A stretch of 64,000 bases of DNA, taken from contig DASSIT010000028.1 in NCBI GenBank assembly GCA_035691545.1, positions 19,348 to 83,347 on the forward strand. The letters run 5' to 3'. Positions 36,806 through 47,265 of this stretch are shown one piece after another. The DNA comes from Pseudolabrys sp. (lineage in GTDB: Bacteria > Pseudomonadota > Alphaproteobacteria > Rhizobiales > Xanthobacteraceae). Within the stretch, counting starts at the first letter, position 1, and every line of letters starts with the position of its first letter. Position numbers and translations under genes: made by a program. Under the pieces are notes generated by a model. That model did not search any database. It was given only the letters and a program-made list of their open reading frames with translations, and had not been told where the DNA came from.

Positions 36806-37537
36806 TCAGCCGCAGCAACCGCCCTTCGGGGACGCCGCTTCATATTCGTCGTGGCGGCGCACCCAGGACATCGACCAGGGCAGGGCGTCTTCGTCGCGGC
36901 CCTTCGGCGCCATGTCGAGGAAGTTGTAGGTGCCCACAAGAATGTCGAGGCCGCGGGCATAGGACGAATAGGTGTGAAATATTTCGCCGTGTTCGTTCCG
37001 AGCGAAAGCACTCAGCCCCGGCGCTTCCTCGCTCGGGAATTCCGTCATCGCGTAGTTGTATTCGACCTTGCCCCGCGCCTTCTCCTCTGGGCTGAACGAG
37101 ACGTGGAAGTCTTGATTGAATTCGGAGGCGTGGGAGGAAACCCATTTGAACTTCCAGCCCATGCGTTTTTTGTAGGCTTCGATTTCGGCGAATGGCGCCC
37201 GCGACACCACGACCAGCGACACGTCACGCTGCGCAAGGTGGACGACGGCGCCGTCGAAATGATCGGCCAGGAATGAGCAGCTGGGGCAACCTTGCACCCA
37301 GCCCGGTCCCAGCATGAAATGATAGACGATGAGCTGACCCTTGCCGCCGAACAGATCGGCGAGCTTTTCCTTGCCGTGCGGGCCGTCAAACACGTAGTTT
37401 TTTTCGACCTTGAGCCAGGGCAGGTCACGGCGCGCCGCGCTCAACTGGTCGCGCGCCTTGCTGAATTCCTTTTCCTTGGCGAGCAGCGCCTTGCGTGCCG
37501 CCAGCCATTCGTCCCGTGAAACGACTTTGTGCTGCAT
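36806..37537 (-). CDS. DUF899 thioredoxin-like protein
   Basis: WLAARKALLAKEK, LIVYHFM, GCPSCS, HTYSSYARG and WVRRHDEY motifs. Confidence 0.92.
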   Translation of the reverse strand: MQHKVVSRDEWLAARKALLAKEKEFSKARDQLSAARRDLPWLKVEKNYVFDGPHGKEKLADLFGGKGQLIVYHFMLGPGWVQGCPSCSFLADHFDGAVVHLAQRDVSLVVVSRAPFAEIEAYKKRMGWKFKWVSSHASEFNQDFHVSFSPEEKARGKVEYNYAMTEFPSEEAPGLSAFARNEHGEIFHTYSSYARGLDILVGTYNFLDMAPKGRDEDALPWSMSWVRRHDEYEAASPKGGCCG

Positions 37538-37545
37538 GATGTCCT

Positions 37546-37941
37546 CTACTGTGCCAGTACCGGTGTCATCCAGCCGATGCCGGCGCCTCCCGGTTCGCGT
37601 AGTATGGCGATACGTCCGACATTCGGTACGTCAAAGATGGGCCGCATCAATCTGGCGCCGGCGGACTCCGCCTTCTTGACCCGCGCGTCGACGTCATCAA
37701 CGGCGAGATATGACATCCATCCCTCCGGCACGCCGTCAAATTGCGGGCTGGTCAACGGAAATATGCCGCCGGCGGCTTCGCCATTCGCCTTTGCGACCCA
37801 ATAGGTGCCGTCCGGCATGGGCATCGCCTCGAAATTCCAGCCGACGGTATCGCGGTAGAATTTCTTGGCCTTTTCCGGATCGCGGGTCATCAGTTCATTC
37901 CAGTAGAACGTTCCGTGCGACCATTGGTGAGACATGGGCAA
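37546..37941 (-). CDS. VOC/glyoxalase family protein
   Basis: WNELMTRD, YLAVDDVD and GRIAILREPGGA motifs. Confidence 0.92.
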   Translation of the reverse strand: MPMSHQWSHGTFYWNELMTRDPEKAKKFYRDTVGWNFEAMPMPDGTYWVAKANGEAAGGIFPLTSPQFDGVPEGWMSYLAVDDVDARVKKAESAGARLMRPIFDVPNVGRIAILREPGGAGIGWMTPVLAQ

Positions 37942-37950
37942 CTCCTGTCC

Positions 37951-38388
37951 CTATGCGGTGAGATATTTGTCCAGCTTATCCATCGCGCCGTTCCAGCCGT
38001 TCTGGTGCCGGTCGCGCGCTTCTTCGTCGAAGAACTGTTCGTGCGTGAGCGTCATGATCGTGCCATTTCCATCACTGCGGAATGTAATGGTCACCAGCGA
38101 ATCGCGCTCCGGCGTCGACTTCCACGCCCAGGTGAATACGAGTTTCTCGTTCGGAATGAACTCGCGATAGACGCCGCCGACGTCGTGTTCCTGCCCGTCA
38201 GGCGATTTCATGAGCCAGCGGTAGCGGCCGCCGGAGCGCGGGTCATTCTCTGCGCTCTGGACCTTGACCTCGCCGGGGCCCATCCAGCGCTTTACTTTTT
38301 CCGGGTCGGTCCACGCGGCGAAGACTTTTTCCGGCGGCGCGTTGAAGCGGCGCTTGATGGTAAGGCTCGGTTTGGTGGCGGTGGCCAT
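37951..38388 (-). CDS. SRPBCC/AHSA1 domain protein
   Basis: APPEKVFAAWTDP, GGRYR, LVFTW and HQNGW motifs; GGAGGAAG RBS. Confidence 0.93.
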   Translation of the reverse strand: MATATKPSLTIKRRFNAPPEKVFAAWTDPEKVKRWMGPGEVKVQSAENDPRSGGRYRWLMKSPDGQEHDVGGVYREFIPNEKLVFTWAWKSTPERDSLVTITFRSDGNGTIMTLTHEQFFDEEARDRHQNGWNGAMDKLDKYLTA

Positions 38389-38714
38389 TGATCTTCCTCC
38401 AGGAAAGCAGCAAGTCGATCCAGACGCTCGGTCCAGAATTTCAGATAGCGATTGAGCCAATCATTGGCCTCGCGCATGGGCTCCGCGCGCAGGCGACAGC
38501 TCACGATGCGGCCGCTCTTTTCGCGCCCGACGAGCCCGGCATCCGACAGCACCCCGAGATGTTTCATCACCGCCGGCAGCGACATCGAAAAGGGCTTCGC
38601 AAGTTCGCTGACCGACAGGCTTTCTTTTTCGCTCAGCCGCGCCAGCATTGCCCGCCGTGTCGGATCGGCGAGGGCTGCAAAGGTTTGATCGAGGCTGGGT
38701 TTATAGTAAACCAT
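38292..38714 (-). CDS. ArsR/SmtB family transcriptional regulator
   Basis: FAALADPTRRAML, SLPAVMKHL and GLVGREKSGR motifs; C-terminal tail overlaps the SRPBCC gene. Confidence 0.92.
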   Translation of the reverse strand: MVYYKPSLDQTFAALADPTRRAMLARLSEKESLSVSELAKPFSMSLPAVMKHLGVLSDAGLVGREKSGRIVSCRLRAEPMREANDWLNRYLKFWTERLDRLAAFLEEDQWPPPPNRALPSSAASTRRRKKSSPRGPTRKK

Positions 38715-38749
38715 ATGGTTAAGTATAAGACGGTCCGCCGCGCTGTCAA
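38702..38749 (-). promoter_or_regulatory. Sigma70 promoter with palindromic autoregulatory operator; leaderless start
   Basis: Minus strand TTGACA-N16-TATACT, with the ATG 7 nt after the -10; palindrome AACCATATGGTT (38709-38720) spans the start codon. Confidence 0.75.
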
Positions 38750-38807
38750 GGCCGGCGTTCTCGCATTTACGGTTCATTGAGAAAGCGCCCGTAGAACTGG
38801 TGCCGGG

Positions 38808-39008
38808 ATGGATCCGTCTTCAATCGCTGCCGCGCTGGTCGGCTCTCAGATGAGCAATGTGCAGATGGCCCTCGCGGCCAAGATGCTGCGCATGAATGCG
38901 GATGCCGCTTCCGCCATCGCGCAGGTATTGGACGCCGCGCAGCAGAATATCGCGAGCCTCGCCAATGTGGCGCAAGGGGTCGGGCAGAAACTCAATATCA
39001 GCGCCTAA
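38808..39008 (+). CDS. YjfB-like small protein ('putative motility protein')
   Basis: ALAAKMLRMNAD...GVGQKLNISA C-terminal pattern. Confidence 0.7.
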   Translation: MDPSSIAAALVGSQMSNVQMALAAKMLRMNADAASAIAQVLDAAQQNIASLANVAQGVGQKLNISA

Positions 39009-39022
39009 GTTCTGATTGGCGG

Positions 39023-39676
39023 TTAGCGCAGCGCGGCCTCGATCAGCTTGATCGCATCGTCGCTCGCCCATTCGGCAGGTCCGGCGATTGTGCCGAGCTC
39101 ACATCCTTGCGGGTCAAGCAGAATGGTCGTCGGCATTCCGAACGCGCGACCAATGGACTTGAGATCCTGAAACGCGCGTGCGCTCGGATCGGCATAGTAG
39201 GCGAGTTTCTGCACGCCGACCTCCTTGAGCCAGGCCTTCGGCTTTTCGGCATCGCGGGTGTCGATATTAACGGCGACAACCTCGAATTCCGGGCCGCCCA
39301 GCCGTTGCTCCAGTGCATCGAGCGCGGGCATTTCCTTGCGGCAAGGCACGCACCATGTGGCCCAAAGATTGAGGAGGACGGTACGCCCGCGCCAATGCTC
39401 TAAAGTGAGCCGCTTGCCGGTCGCGTCGTTGAACGCGAGAGGAGGCACCTTGAGCGGGGCCTTGGCAACGTTAACTGCGGCCACTTCCCCACGCGCAAAT
39501 GGCGCCATTTTCCTGGCCAATTCGACTGCCGGTCGGCAGGCCGCATCTCCGCCCGCATTGCGCGTTAGGGTCGCAATCCCGTATACCCCCGCCAGTCCAA
39601 CGGTGACCCCGGCGATTCCACCTGCCAAGACCATGGCAAGGCGTTTTTTGGCGGCAACTGGTTGGGACTGGGTCAT
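39023..39676 (-). CDS. tlpA: Thiol:disulfide interchange protein TlpA
   Basis: [20 protein letters not shown] and GPAEW motifs; divergent from argH. Confidence 0.93.
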   Translation of the reverse strand: MTQSQPVAAKKRLAMVLAGGIAGVTVGLAGVYGIATLTRNAGGDAACRPAVELARKMAPFARGEVAAVNVAKAPLKVPPLAFNDATGKRLTLEHWRGRTVLLNLWATWCVPCRKEMPALDALEQRLGGPEFEVVAVNIDTRDAEKPKAWLKEVGVQKLAYYADPSARAFQDLKSIGRAFGMPTTILLDPQGCELGTIAGPAEWASDDAIKLIEAALR

Positions 39677-39697
39677 GAGCGGCTTGGTGAATATGCC

Positions 39698-41089
39698 ATG
39701 AGCAACAAAATGTGGGGTGGCCGGTTTACGTCAGGCCCCGGTGCGATCATGGAGGAGATCAACGCCTCTATCGATTTCGACCGGCATCTCTACCGCCAGG
39801 ACATCGCTGCGTCCAAGGCCCATGCCGGCATGCTGGCCAAGCAAGGCATCATTACGGCCGACGATGCAAAAAAGATTGCTCACGGTCTAGACACGATCCT
39901 GTCAGAGATCGAAACCGGGAAGTTCTCTTTCAAGCGCGCGCTCGAGGACATCCATATGAATGTGGAAGGGCGACTCGCCGAACTGATCGGCGAGGCGGCG
40001 GGCCGGCTGCATACCGCGCGCTCGCGCAATGATCAGATCGCGACCGATTTCCGGCTGTGGGTCCGGGACACCGTCGACTCGATCGACACCGCACTCGCGG
40101 ACTATCAGCGGGCCCTCGCAGAAAAAGCATTCACGCATGCCGCGACCGTCATGCCCGGCCTGACTCATTTGCAGACGGCGCAGCCGGTGACTTTCGGTCA
40201 TCATCTTCTTGCCTATGTCGAAATGGCGGCCCGCGACCGCGGGCGGTTTGCCGACGCCCGCAAGCGACTTAACGAATCTCCGCTCGGCGCAGCGGCGCTC
40301 GCCGGCACTTCGTTTGCATTGGATCGTGATATGACGGCTGATGCATTGGGCTTCGATCGGCCCATGCCGAATTCCCTCGACGCCGTATCCGCACGTGACT
40401 TTGTCCTCGAAGTGCTGGCTGCCGCATCGATTGCCGCAGTGCATCTGTCGCGGTTCGCCGAGGAAATCGTACTCTGGACGTCTCCGCTCACGGGCCTCGT
40501 GAAATTGTCGGACAAATTCACGACCGGCTCTTCGATCATGCCGCAGAAGCGCAACCCGGACGCAGCGGAACTGGTGCGTGCCAAGACCGGCCGCATTGTT
40601 GGCGCGCTCACCGCACTGCTGCTCGTGATGAAGGGCTTGCCGCTCGCCTACGCAAAAGACATGCAGGAAGACAAGGAAGGCGCGATGGATGCGCTCGCGG
40701 CGCTCTCGCTTTCTCTTGCAGCAATGACCGGCATGGTCGGCGATCTCGAACCGGACGCATCGCGGATGAAGAAGGCCGCCGGTGAAGGCTACGCGACCGC
40801 GACCGATTTGGCCGATTGGCTGGTTCGCACATTGAAGATTCCTTTCCGTCAGGCCCATCATCTGACAGGCCGCATCGTCGCCAAGGCGGCGGAGACGGGG
40901 GTTGCCCTGCATCGGCTACCGCTCCCGGCCATGCGTGAAATAGACCCGCGCATCACTGACGATGTGTTCAACGTTCTGTCGGTCGATCGTTCCGTGAAGA
41001 GCCGGATCAGTTTCGGCGGCACCGCGCCCAAAAACGTGCGCGTACAGGCCAGGAAATGGCTGCGAAAGCTGGAAAAGGAAAAATCCTGA
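39698..41089 (+). CDS. argH: Argininosuccinate lyase
   Basis: [23 protein letters not shown] and [12 protein letters not shown] motifs. Confidence 0.97.
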   Translation: MSNKMWGGRFTSGPGAIMEEINASIDFDRHLYRQDIAASKAHAGMLAKQGIITADDAKKIAHGLDTILSEIETGKFSFKRALEDIHMNVEGRLAELIGEAAGRLHTARSRNDQIATDFRLWVRDTVDSIDTALADYQRALAEKAFTHAATVMPGLTHLQTAQPVTFGHHLLAYVEMAARDRGRFADARKRLNESPLGAAALAGTSFALDRDMTADALGFDRPMPNSLDAVSARDFVLEVLAAASIAAVHLSRFAEEIVLWTSPLTGLVKLSDKFTTGSSIMPQKRNPDAAELVRAKTGRIVGALTALLLVMKGLPLAYAKDMQEDKEGAMDALAALSLSLAAMTGMVGDLEPDASRMKKAAGEGYATATDLADWLVRTLKIPFRQAHHLTGRIVAKAAETGVALHRLPLPAMREIDPRITDDVFNVLSVDRSVKSRISFGGTAPKNVRVQARKWLRKLEKEKS

Positions 41090-41143
41090 CTTCGCCATCT
41101 TCGCTTGTTTTGCTATCGTCTTTCCATGCAAGGAGCGCATCCA

Positions 41144-41389
41144 TTGACCCGTGACCGCCTGTTCTTTCGCCTGGCCTTGGTCGGCGTTCTCGCCGCCTCG
41201 CTGGGGCTGGGCGCATGCGGGCGCAAGGGCCCGCTCGACCCGCCGCCAGGGGCATCGCTTGCGGGCGATCAGGCTGCGCCGGCCGGCGCACCGGCGGGCG
41301 ACAGCAGGGGTCCCATCGGGCCCGACGGGAAACCTTTGGCGCCGGGTGGCGTGAACAGGCGTATCCCTCTCGATGTTCTACTGAACTGA
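41144..41389 (+). CDS. Small lipoprotein (LptM/LppL family)
   Basis: Lipobox LGACGRKGPL; AAGGAG RBS and TTG start; lies before lysA. Confidence 0.85.
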   Translation: MTRDRLFFRLALVGVLAASLGLGACGRKGPLDPPPGASLAGDQAAPAGAPAGDSRGPIGPDGKPLAPGGVNRRIPLDVLLN

Positions 41390-41396
41390 GCGTGCG

Positions 41397-42662
41397 ATGC
41401 ACCACTTCGCTTATCGCGATGGCGTCCTCCACGCCGAGTCGGTGAATCTGGACGCGCTCGCGAGCGCGGTCGGAACGCCGTTCTATTGCTATTCGACTGC
41501 CACGCTCACGCGTCATTATCAGGTATTTGCAGGCGCCTTTGCCGACGTGTCGTCACTCGTCTGCTACGCGATGAAGGCCAACTCCAATCAAGCGGTCGTA
41601 CGCACGCTCGCCAAACTCGGCTCCGGCGCCGATGTCGTCTCGGGAGGCGAACTAAAACGCGCCCGTCTGGCCGGAATTCCCGCCGACAAGATCATGTTTT
41701 CCGGCATCGGCAAGACGGCCGCCGAACTCGCGCTTGCGATTGACGAAGGCATTCTCTGCGTCAATGTTGAATCCGAACCCGAGCTCGAACTTCTGTCCTC
41801 GATCGCGGCCTCGAAAGGCCGCACCGCAAACATATCGGTGCGCGTCAATCCCGACATCGATGCCAGGACCCACCACAAGATTGCAACCGGCAAGGCCGAA
41901 AACAAATTCGGTATTCCGATCAGTCATGCTCGCGAAATTTATGCCCGCGCCGCGAGGCTCAAAGGTCTCAAAGTCACGGGCGTAGACATGCATATCGGCA
42001 GCCAGATCACCGAACTAGGTCCGTTCGATAACGCGTTTGCGCTGCTGGCGGAATTCGTTCGTGCATTGCGCGGCGACGGCCATGCCATCGCACATGTCGA
42101 TCTCGGCGGCGGCCTCGGAATTCCTTATCGCGATGACAACGAGCCGCCGCCGCATCCGGATGCCTATGCCGCTGTGGTCAAGCGTGCGACACGCGACCTC
42201 GACTGCCGGCTGATATTCGAGCCGGGGCGTCTTCTCGTCGGCAATGCCGGAATCCTGGTGACGCGAGTGATGTTCGTGAAGCACGGGGATGCCAGGAATT
42301 TCATTGTCGTCGACGCGGGCATGAATGATCTCATTCGGCCGACTCTCTACGATGCTCATCACGAAATTTGGACCGTGGTTAAGCCATCCTTGTCGGCATC
42401 GCGGATCCGGGCCGATGTGGTCGGCCCCGTCTGTGAAAGCGGCGATTTTCTGGCGATAAACCGCGAAATGGTGGAACCGCAGGGCGGTGCACTGCTTGCC
42501 GTGATGTCGGCGGGCGCCTACGGCGCGGTCCAGGCGGGGACGTACAATACGCGGGCTTTGGTTCCGGAAGTCCTTGTTAATGGCGCCCAATGGGCGCTCG
42601 TGCGCCCGCGCCTTGAAGTTGACCAATTAATTGCGCTCGATCGCATGCCGGATTGGCTTTGA
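41397..42662 (+). CDS. lysA: Diaminopimelate decarboxylase
   Basis: YAMKANSN, HIGSQ, DLGGG, EPGR, GPVCESGD and GAYG motifs. Confidence 0.97.
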   Translation: MHHFAYRDGVLHAESVNLDALASAVGTPFYCYSTATLTRHYQVFAGAFADVSSLVCYAMKANSNQAVVRTLAKLGSGADVVSGGELKRARLAGIPADKIMFSGIGKTAAELALAIDEGILCVNVESEPELELLSSIAASKGRTANISVRVNPDIDARTHHKIATGKAENKFGIPISHAREIYARAARLKGLKVTGVDMHIGSQITELGPFDNAFALLAEFVRALRGDGHAIAHVDLGGGLGIPYRDDNEPPPHPDAYAAVVKRATRDLDCRLIFEPGRLLVGNAGILVTRVMFVKHGDARNFIVVDAGMNDLIRPTLYDAHHEIWTVVKPSLSASRIRADVVGPVCESGDFLAINREMVEPQGGALLAVMSAGAYGAVQAGTYNTRALVPEVLVNGAQWALVRPRLEVDQLIALDRMPDWL

Positions 42663-42751
42663 GCGCATAAATGCCCGCATGGCCGGGCCATCTGGCGCGT
42701 GATAGCCTGCCGGATGACAGATTCTCCTGAGCCCCGGCGACGGAGCGGCTT

Positions 42752-45286
42752 TTGGACGAGTTAAAAGAACCGATCGAGGCTAGCGACAAGCCGACCCGGC
42801 TTCTGCTCGCGCGCGCTCTCAGACGCGCACGCGGCGGCTTGCTGTGGGAACGGGTATGGCCCGGACTTGCCGGCATGACGGTCGTGGTCGGCCTGTTCCT
42901 TGCGTTTTCCTGGGCGGGCCTCTGGCTGGTATTGCCGCCGCTCGCGCGTGCGATCGGCCTCGGCGTCTTCGTCGTTATCCTTGCGGTGTCGTCATTGCCG
43001 CTGCTGATCCTGCGGCTGCCAAGCGTCAACGACGGCTTGCGCCGGCTTGATCGCAGCAGTGGCGAAACCCACCGCCCGGCAACGGCGGTCGTCGATCACA
43101 TCGCCGCCAACAGCAAGGATCCGATCGCGCAGGCATTGTGGCGCGCGCACGTCGAACGCGCGTTATTGTCGGCGCGCCGGATCAGGGCAGGGTGGCCGAT
43201 GCCGCTGCTCTCGTTACGCGATCCGATGGCGCTTCGCGCGCTGGTTCTCATCCTGGTGGTGGCAAGTTTCTTCGCGGCAGGCAACGAACGCGTAAAACGT
43301 GTCGTTGCGGCTTTCGACTGGCACGGCGTGGTCGCGCCCGCCAACTTCCGGATCGACGCGTGGGTTACGCCGCCGGTCTATACCGGCCGACCTCCGGTCA
43401 TGTTGCCTGGTATTCGGCCCGGTGAAAATCCGCAGAATACCGGCGCCGCACCCGTGGCGGTACCGGCCGGCAGCCAGGTCGTGATTCGGGCAACCGGAAA
43501 GGTGAACTTTGACATTGTCCGCAAGGGCGAGCTGGAGGAAGCACCGGCTGAAGCGCGTGCGCCCCTGCCGGCGGGAACGGAAGAGCGGCGGCTCGTGGTC
43601 AAGGGCGACGGCTCGGCCGCCGTCCATGGCGTGCTCGGCACCGACCTCGTCTGGAATTTCAAGGCGATCCCCGACCGCGCGCCCACCATCGAATTGATTA
43701 AGGATCCTGAACGGCAGGCGCGCGGGGCACTGAGACTCGACTACAGGGTGGACGACGACTACGGGGTGGTCGAGGCGAAGGCCACATTCGCGCTCAAGGA
43801 GGATCAGCCCGGCGACAAGCCGCGGCATCCGCTCTTCAGCGCTCCCGACTATCCGCTTGTGTTGCCGCAGGCTCGCACGCGCGCGGGCACGGCTCAGACG
43901 ACACATGACCTGACGGAGCACCCATGGGCCGGTTCGGAGGCCTCGGTTACGCTGACGGCGCGCGATGAGGCGGGCAACGAGGGTCGCAGCGAGCCGCGCG
44001 AGTTGCAGCTTCCGCAGCGGATTTTCGTGAAGCCCTTGGCGCGCGCGTTGATCGAACAACGGCGTAACCTGGCGCTCGACGCCGAGACCAAGCCGGTGGT
44101 GCTCGCCGCGCTCGAAGCACTCACGATCGCTCCCGAACGATTTACGCCGGAGCCGGGCGTCTATCTCGGCTTGCGTTCGATCTACCATGACCTCGATCAC
44201 GCAAAGAGCGACGACGCATTGCGCGAGGTTGTCGCGCGCATGTGGGACATGGCCGTTTCGCTCGAGGACGGAAATGTTTCGCAGGCCGAGCAGGCATTGC
44301 GCCAGGCGCAGGAGGCGCTGCGTCAGGCGCTTGAGCGCGGCGCAACCGATGAAGAGCTCAAGAAGCTGATGGATCAGCTGCGCGCCGCCATGGACAAGTT
44401 CCTGCAGGCGCTCGCCGAGGAGATGCGCAAGAATCCGCAGCAGCTTTCGCGTCCGCTCGATCGCGATACGCGCATGCTGAGCCAGAGGGATCTCAAGAGC
44501 ATGCTCGATCGCCTGGAGAATTTGGCGCGGTCGGGCAACAAGGATGCCGCGCGGCAGCTGCTCGAACAGCTGCAGTCGATGCTCGAGAATCTGCAGATGG
44601 CGAGGCCGGGCGCATCAGGGGACGAAGATAGCGACGACGACATGATGTCGGCGCTTGATGAGTTAAGCGACATGATTCGCAAGCAGCAGCAATTGCGCGA
44701 CAAGACCTACAGGCAAGGCCAGGAGTCGCGGCGCGATCGTCAGCGGGGTCAACAACCCGGCCAGGACCAAATGGGCGAGCTTCGCCAGGACCAGAAAGGC
44801 CTGCGTGATAGGCTCAACAAGCTGCTCGAGCAGTTGCGTCAGCGGGGGCTAGGACAGCAGGGCCAGCAAGGCCAGCAAGGCCAGAATGAAATGGGTCAGC
44901 TTGGCGATGCGGGTGAGGCCATGGGTGAGGCAGAAGGCCAGCTCGGCGAAGGCGATTCCGACGGCGCCGTCGGCAGCCAAGGTCGCGCTCTAGAAGCTAT
45001 GCGTAAAGGTGCCCAGGGCCTGGCGCAATCGATGCAGCAGAGTATGGGGCCGGGTCCCAACGGCCGACCCGGGCGTGGTCAAGCGCGCGCTCAGCGGGAT
45101 ACTGACCCGCTCGGTCGACCGATGCGAGGCCATGAGTACGGTGATGACTTCACCGTCAAGGTTCCTGGTGAGATTGACGCCCAGCGCGCACGACGCATTC
45201 TTGAAGAGTTGCGGAAACGTTTTGGCGAGAGTTCCCGCCCCCAACTCGAGCTCGACTATATCGAGCGTTTGCTCAAAGATTTTTGA
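42752..45286 (+). CDS. TIGR02302/DUF4175 family membrane-anchored coiled-coil protein
   Basis: DAWVTPPVYTG, DDYGV, Q/G-rich tail, DPLGRP and ELDYIERLL motifs. Confidence 0.88.
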   Translation: MDELKEPIEASDKPTRLLLARALRRARGGLLWERVWPGLAGMTVVVGLFLAFSWAGLWLVLPPLARAIGLGVFVVILAVSSLPLLILRLPSVNDGLRRLDRSSGETHRPATAVVDHIAANSKDPIAQALWRAHVERALLSARRIRAGWPMPLLSLRDPMALRALVLILVVASFFAAGNERVKRVVAAFDWHGVVAPANFRIDAWVTPPVYTGRPPVMLPGIRPGENPQNTGAAPVAVPAGSQVVIRATGKVNFDIVRKGELEEAPAEARAPLPAGTEERRLVVKGDGSAAVHGVLGTDLVWNFKAIPDRAPTIELIKDPERQARGALRLDYRVDDDYGVVEAKATFALKEDQPGDKPRHPLFSAPDYPLVLPQARTRAGTAQTTHDLTEHPWAGSEASVTLTARDEAGNEGRSEPRELQLPQRIFVKPLARALIEQRRNLALDAETKPVVLAALEALTIAPERFTPEPGVYLGLRSIYHDLDHAKSDDALREVVARMWDMAVSLEDGNVSQAEQALRQAQEALRQALERGATDEELKKLMDQLRAAMDKFLQALAEEMRKNPQQLSRPLDRDTRMLSQRDLKSMLDRLENLARSGNKDAARQLLEQLQSMLENLQMARPGASGDEDSDDDMMSALDELSDMIRKQQQLRDKTYRQGQESRRDRQRGQQPGQDQMGELRQDQKGLRDRLNKLLEQLRQRGLGQQGQQGQQGQNEMGQLGDAGEAMGEAEGQLGEGDSDGAVGSQGRALEAMRKGAQGLAQSMQQSMGPGPNGRPGRGQARAQRDTDPLGRPMRGHEYGDDFTVKVPGEIDAQRARRILEELRKRFGESSRPQLELDYIERLLKDF

Positions 45287-45440
45287 TCGCCGTCAGATCA
45301 GTATGGCCGGGGCAGGACGCGGGGACCTGCCCGATACAAATTCCGGGAATAACGGAATTGTCTTTGAGCACCGAAAAGGATCACGGACTGAATATTGCGC
45401 AACGGTCCGATCGTTTCGGGAATGAGTCCGGAATGTCGTT

Positions 45441-46343
45441 TTATTTTGTCGTCGTCGCTGCGTCTTGTGCGTTGAGGAAACGCACCATGACATCGGTTGC
45501 ATTTGGCGGTGGCGAGACAAATCGGCTGCGGAAATCAAGTTTTTCCCCGGGGCCGAGAATGCTGCGGCTCGGCAACGCATTCCACGTGTAGATCTCTTGT
45601 CCTGACGCATCGCGTGCAGCAAATCGCAGTTTTGGGACTTCGGTCGGTCGATTGGAGACGCTGACGATCGTACCCTCGATCACAAGGGACGAAAGTCCTT
45701 CCTGCGTCTCCTTTGAAATCCGCATGTTTTCAAATTTCAGGTGGCGCAAATTGACCGGCAAGCCGACGGCCGAAAACAACGATGCGGTTTGCGGCAGAAA
45801 CCTTACGACCTCGCTCCGGGCGCCGACCAGTGCGACGTTAAACGCGAACAAGACAAGCACAAGAGCCGTCCAGCGCGAAGATCGGCGCGCTTTGTTGCGT
45901 TTAGCCTGCATTCGCTTGCGACGCGCCGCGAAATTTTCAATTTCGTCCGTATCCGCTGCCGACGTCTCCGCGTCCGGGGTTGTCAGAGGTTCGATGGCTG
46001 GTGCAAGCGGAGGCGCATCGGTAACAATGGCAGACCCTTCGACGGAGGAGCCAACGGATGCGGTATCGGCGGCACCGTCCATAATTTGTGGCTCGTCCGA
46101 TTGGGCCAGTTCCCCGGAGTTATCGCTGTCCGCCATGGCGCGATCGGGAAGAAGTACGCCTTTAGCCGCCTGCCATTCCGCTTCTGCCGTGGCGCCCTCC
46201 GCCGAGCTGGACATTTCCGATTTTGCGCCCGCGGCAAACCATTTGGTCTTGCAGCGCGCACAGCGGACCGTGCGCCCGGCTTCGCCCAATGAGGCCGGGT
46301 CGACCATGTAAGAGGTGGAGCAGTTCGGACAGGCGATCAGCAT
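45441..46343 (-). CDS. Zinc-ribbon (MJ0042 finger) plus DUF3426 membrane protein
   Basis: CPNC...VRCARC..W at the N-terminus; acidic linker; TM helix; GLPVN. Confidence 0.87.
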   Translation of the reverse strand: MLIACPNCSTSYMVDPASLGEAGRTVRCARCKTKWFAAGAKSEMSSSAEGATAEAEWQAAKGVLLPDRAMADSDNSGELAQSDEPQIMDGAADTASVGSSVEGSAIVTDAPPLAPAIEPLTTPDAETSAADTDEIENFAARRKRMQAKRNKARRSSRWTALVLVLFAFNVALVGARSEVVRFLPQTASLFSAVGLPVNLRHLKFENMRISKETQEGLSSLVIEGTIVSVSNRPTEVPKLRFAARDASGQEIYTWNALPSRSILGPGEKLDFRSRFVSPPPNATDVMVRFLNAQDAATTTK

Positions 46344-46597
46344 GGCATCGGTGGTATTTTGAGACTGCGAACCTAACAGCCGTCCGTTAATGGATCGGAA
46401 ACCATGCCAGACCCCGACAAAAGGCCCGTTGGATCCTATTTTCCCTAGGCGCTATGGCGGCACCGCTATAATCCTGTAAAAAAGCGCAGTTTGGGGCAGA
46501 CAAACGGACGTGGAGGCGGCTTTTTGCGATGCTCGGGGAGCCTTGGCCCGGGTCTGATTCGCCCGGGTCCATGGCGGCAATCGTCGGAGAGGGGTGG

Positions 46598-47257
46598 GTG
46601 GTCCGATTTGAGAACGTGGGCTTGCGCTATGGGCTGGGCCCAGAGGTCCTTCGCGACCTGACGTTTCGCATCGAGCCCCATTCATTTCAGTTTCTCACCG
46701 GTCCCTCCGGTGCTGGCAAAACGTCGCTGTTGCGCCTGCTATTCCTTTCGCTGCGGCCGACGCGGGGCTTGATCACCCAATTTGGTCATGATGTTGCGAC
46801 GCTGTCGCGCGACGCTGTGGCGACCTTGCGGCGCCGTATAGGGATCGTCTTTCAAGATTTTCGGCTACTTGATCATATGACGACCTATGAAAACGTTTCA
46901 TTGCCGCTACGGGTGATGGGCCGGCCCGAGGACAGCTACCGTGAAGAAGTCATCGAGTTGCTCAGCTGGGTTGGGCTCGGGGAGCGGATGTGGGCTCTTC
47001 CACCCGTGCTTTCGGGTGGCGAGAAGCAACGCGCTGCCATCGCGCGCGCGGTGATCGCGCGTCCACAGCTATTGCTCGCTGACGAACCGACGGGAAATGT
47101 CGACCCAAGTCTGGCGCAACGATTGTTGCGACTGTTTGTCGAGCTGAACAAATCGGGCACCTCGGTCGTTATTGCGACCCACGACATCGCGCTAATGGAT
47201 CAATACGATGCTCGCCGGCTGGTTCTGCATGACGGCCGGCTGCATATCTACGACTGA
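46598..47257 (+). CDS. ftsE: Cell division ATP-binding protein FtsE
   Basis: GPSGAGKT, VFQDFRLL, LSGGEKQR and DEPTGN motifs. Confidence 0.95.
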   Translation: MVRFENVGLRYGLGPEVLRDLTFRIEPHSFQFLTGPSGAGKTSLLRLLFLSLRPTRGLITQFGHDVATLSRDAVATLRRRIGIVFQDFRLLDHMTTYENVSLPLRVMGRPEDSYREEVIELLSWVGLGERMWALPPVLSGGEKQRAAIARAVIARPQLLLADEPTGNVDPSLAQRLLRLFVELNKSGTSVVIATHDIALMDQYDARRLVLHDGRLHIYD

Positions 47258-47265
47258 GGTTCCCG

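Noticed and set aside
39902-40912. Long antisense ORFs (336 aa here; also 43214-44200, 34872-35723, 52583-53425)
   Set aside because: Shadow frames of well-supported genes in high-GC DNA
44861-44886. GGCCAGCAA tandem repeat
   Set aside because: Encodes the GQQ low-complexity linker typical of TIGR02302 proteins
46387-46403. TTAA-N7-GAAAC as a CtrA site between ftsE and the zinc-ribbon gene
   Set aside because: Only one good half-site; plausible context but too weak to call
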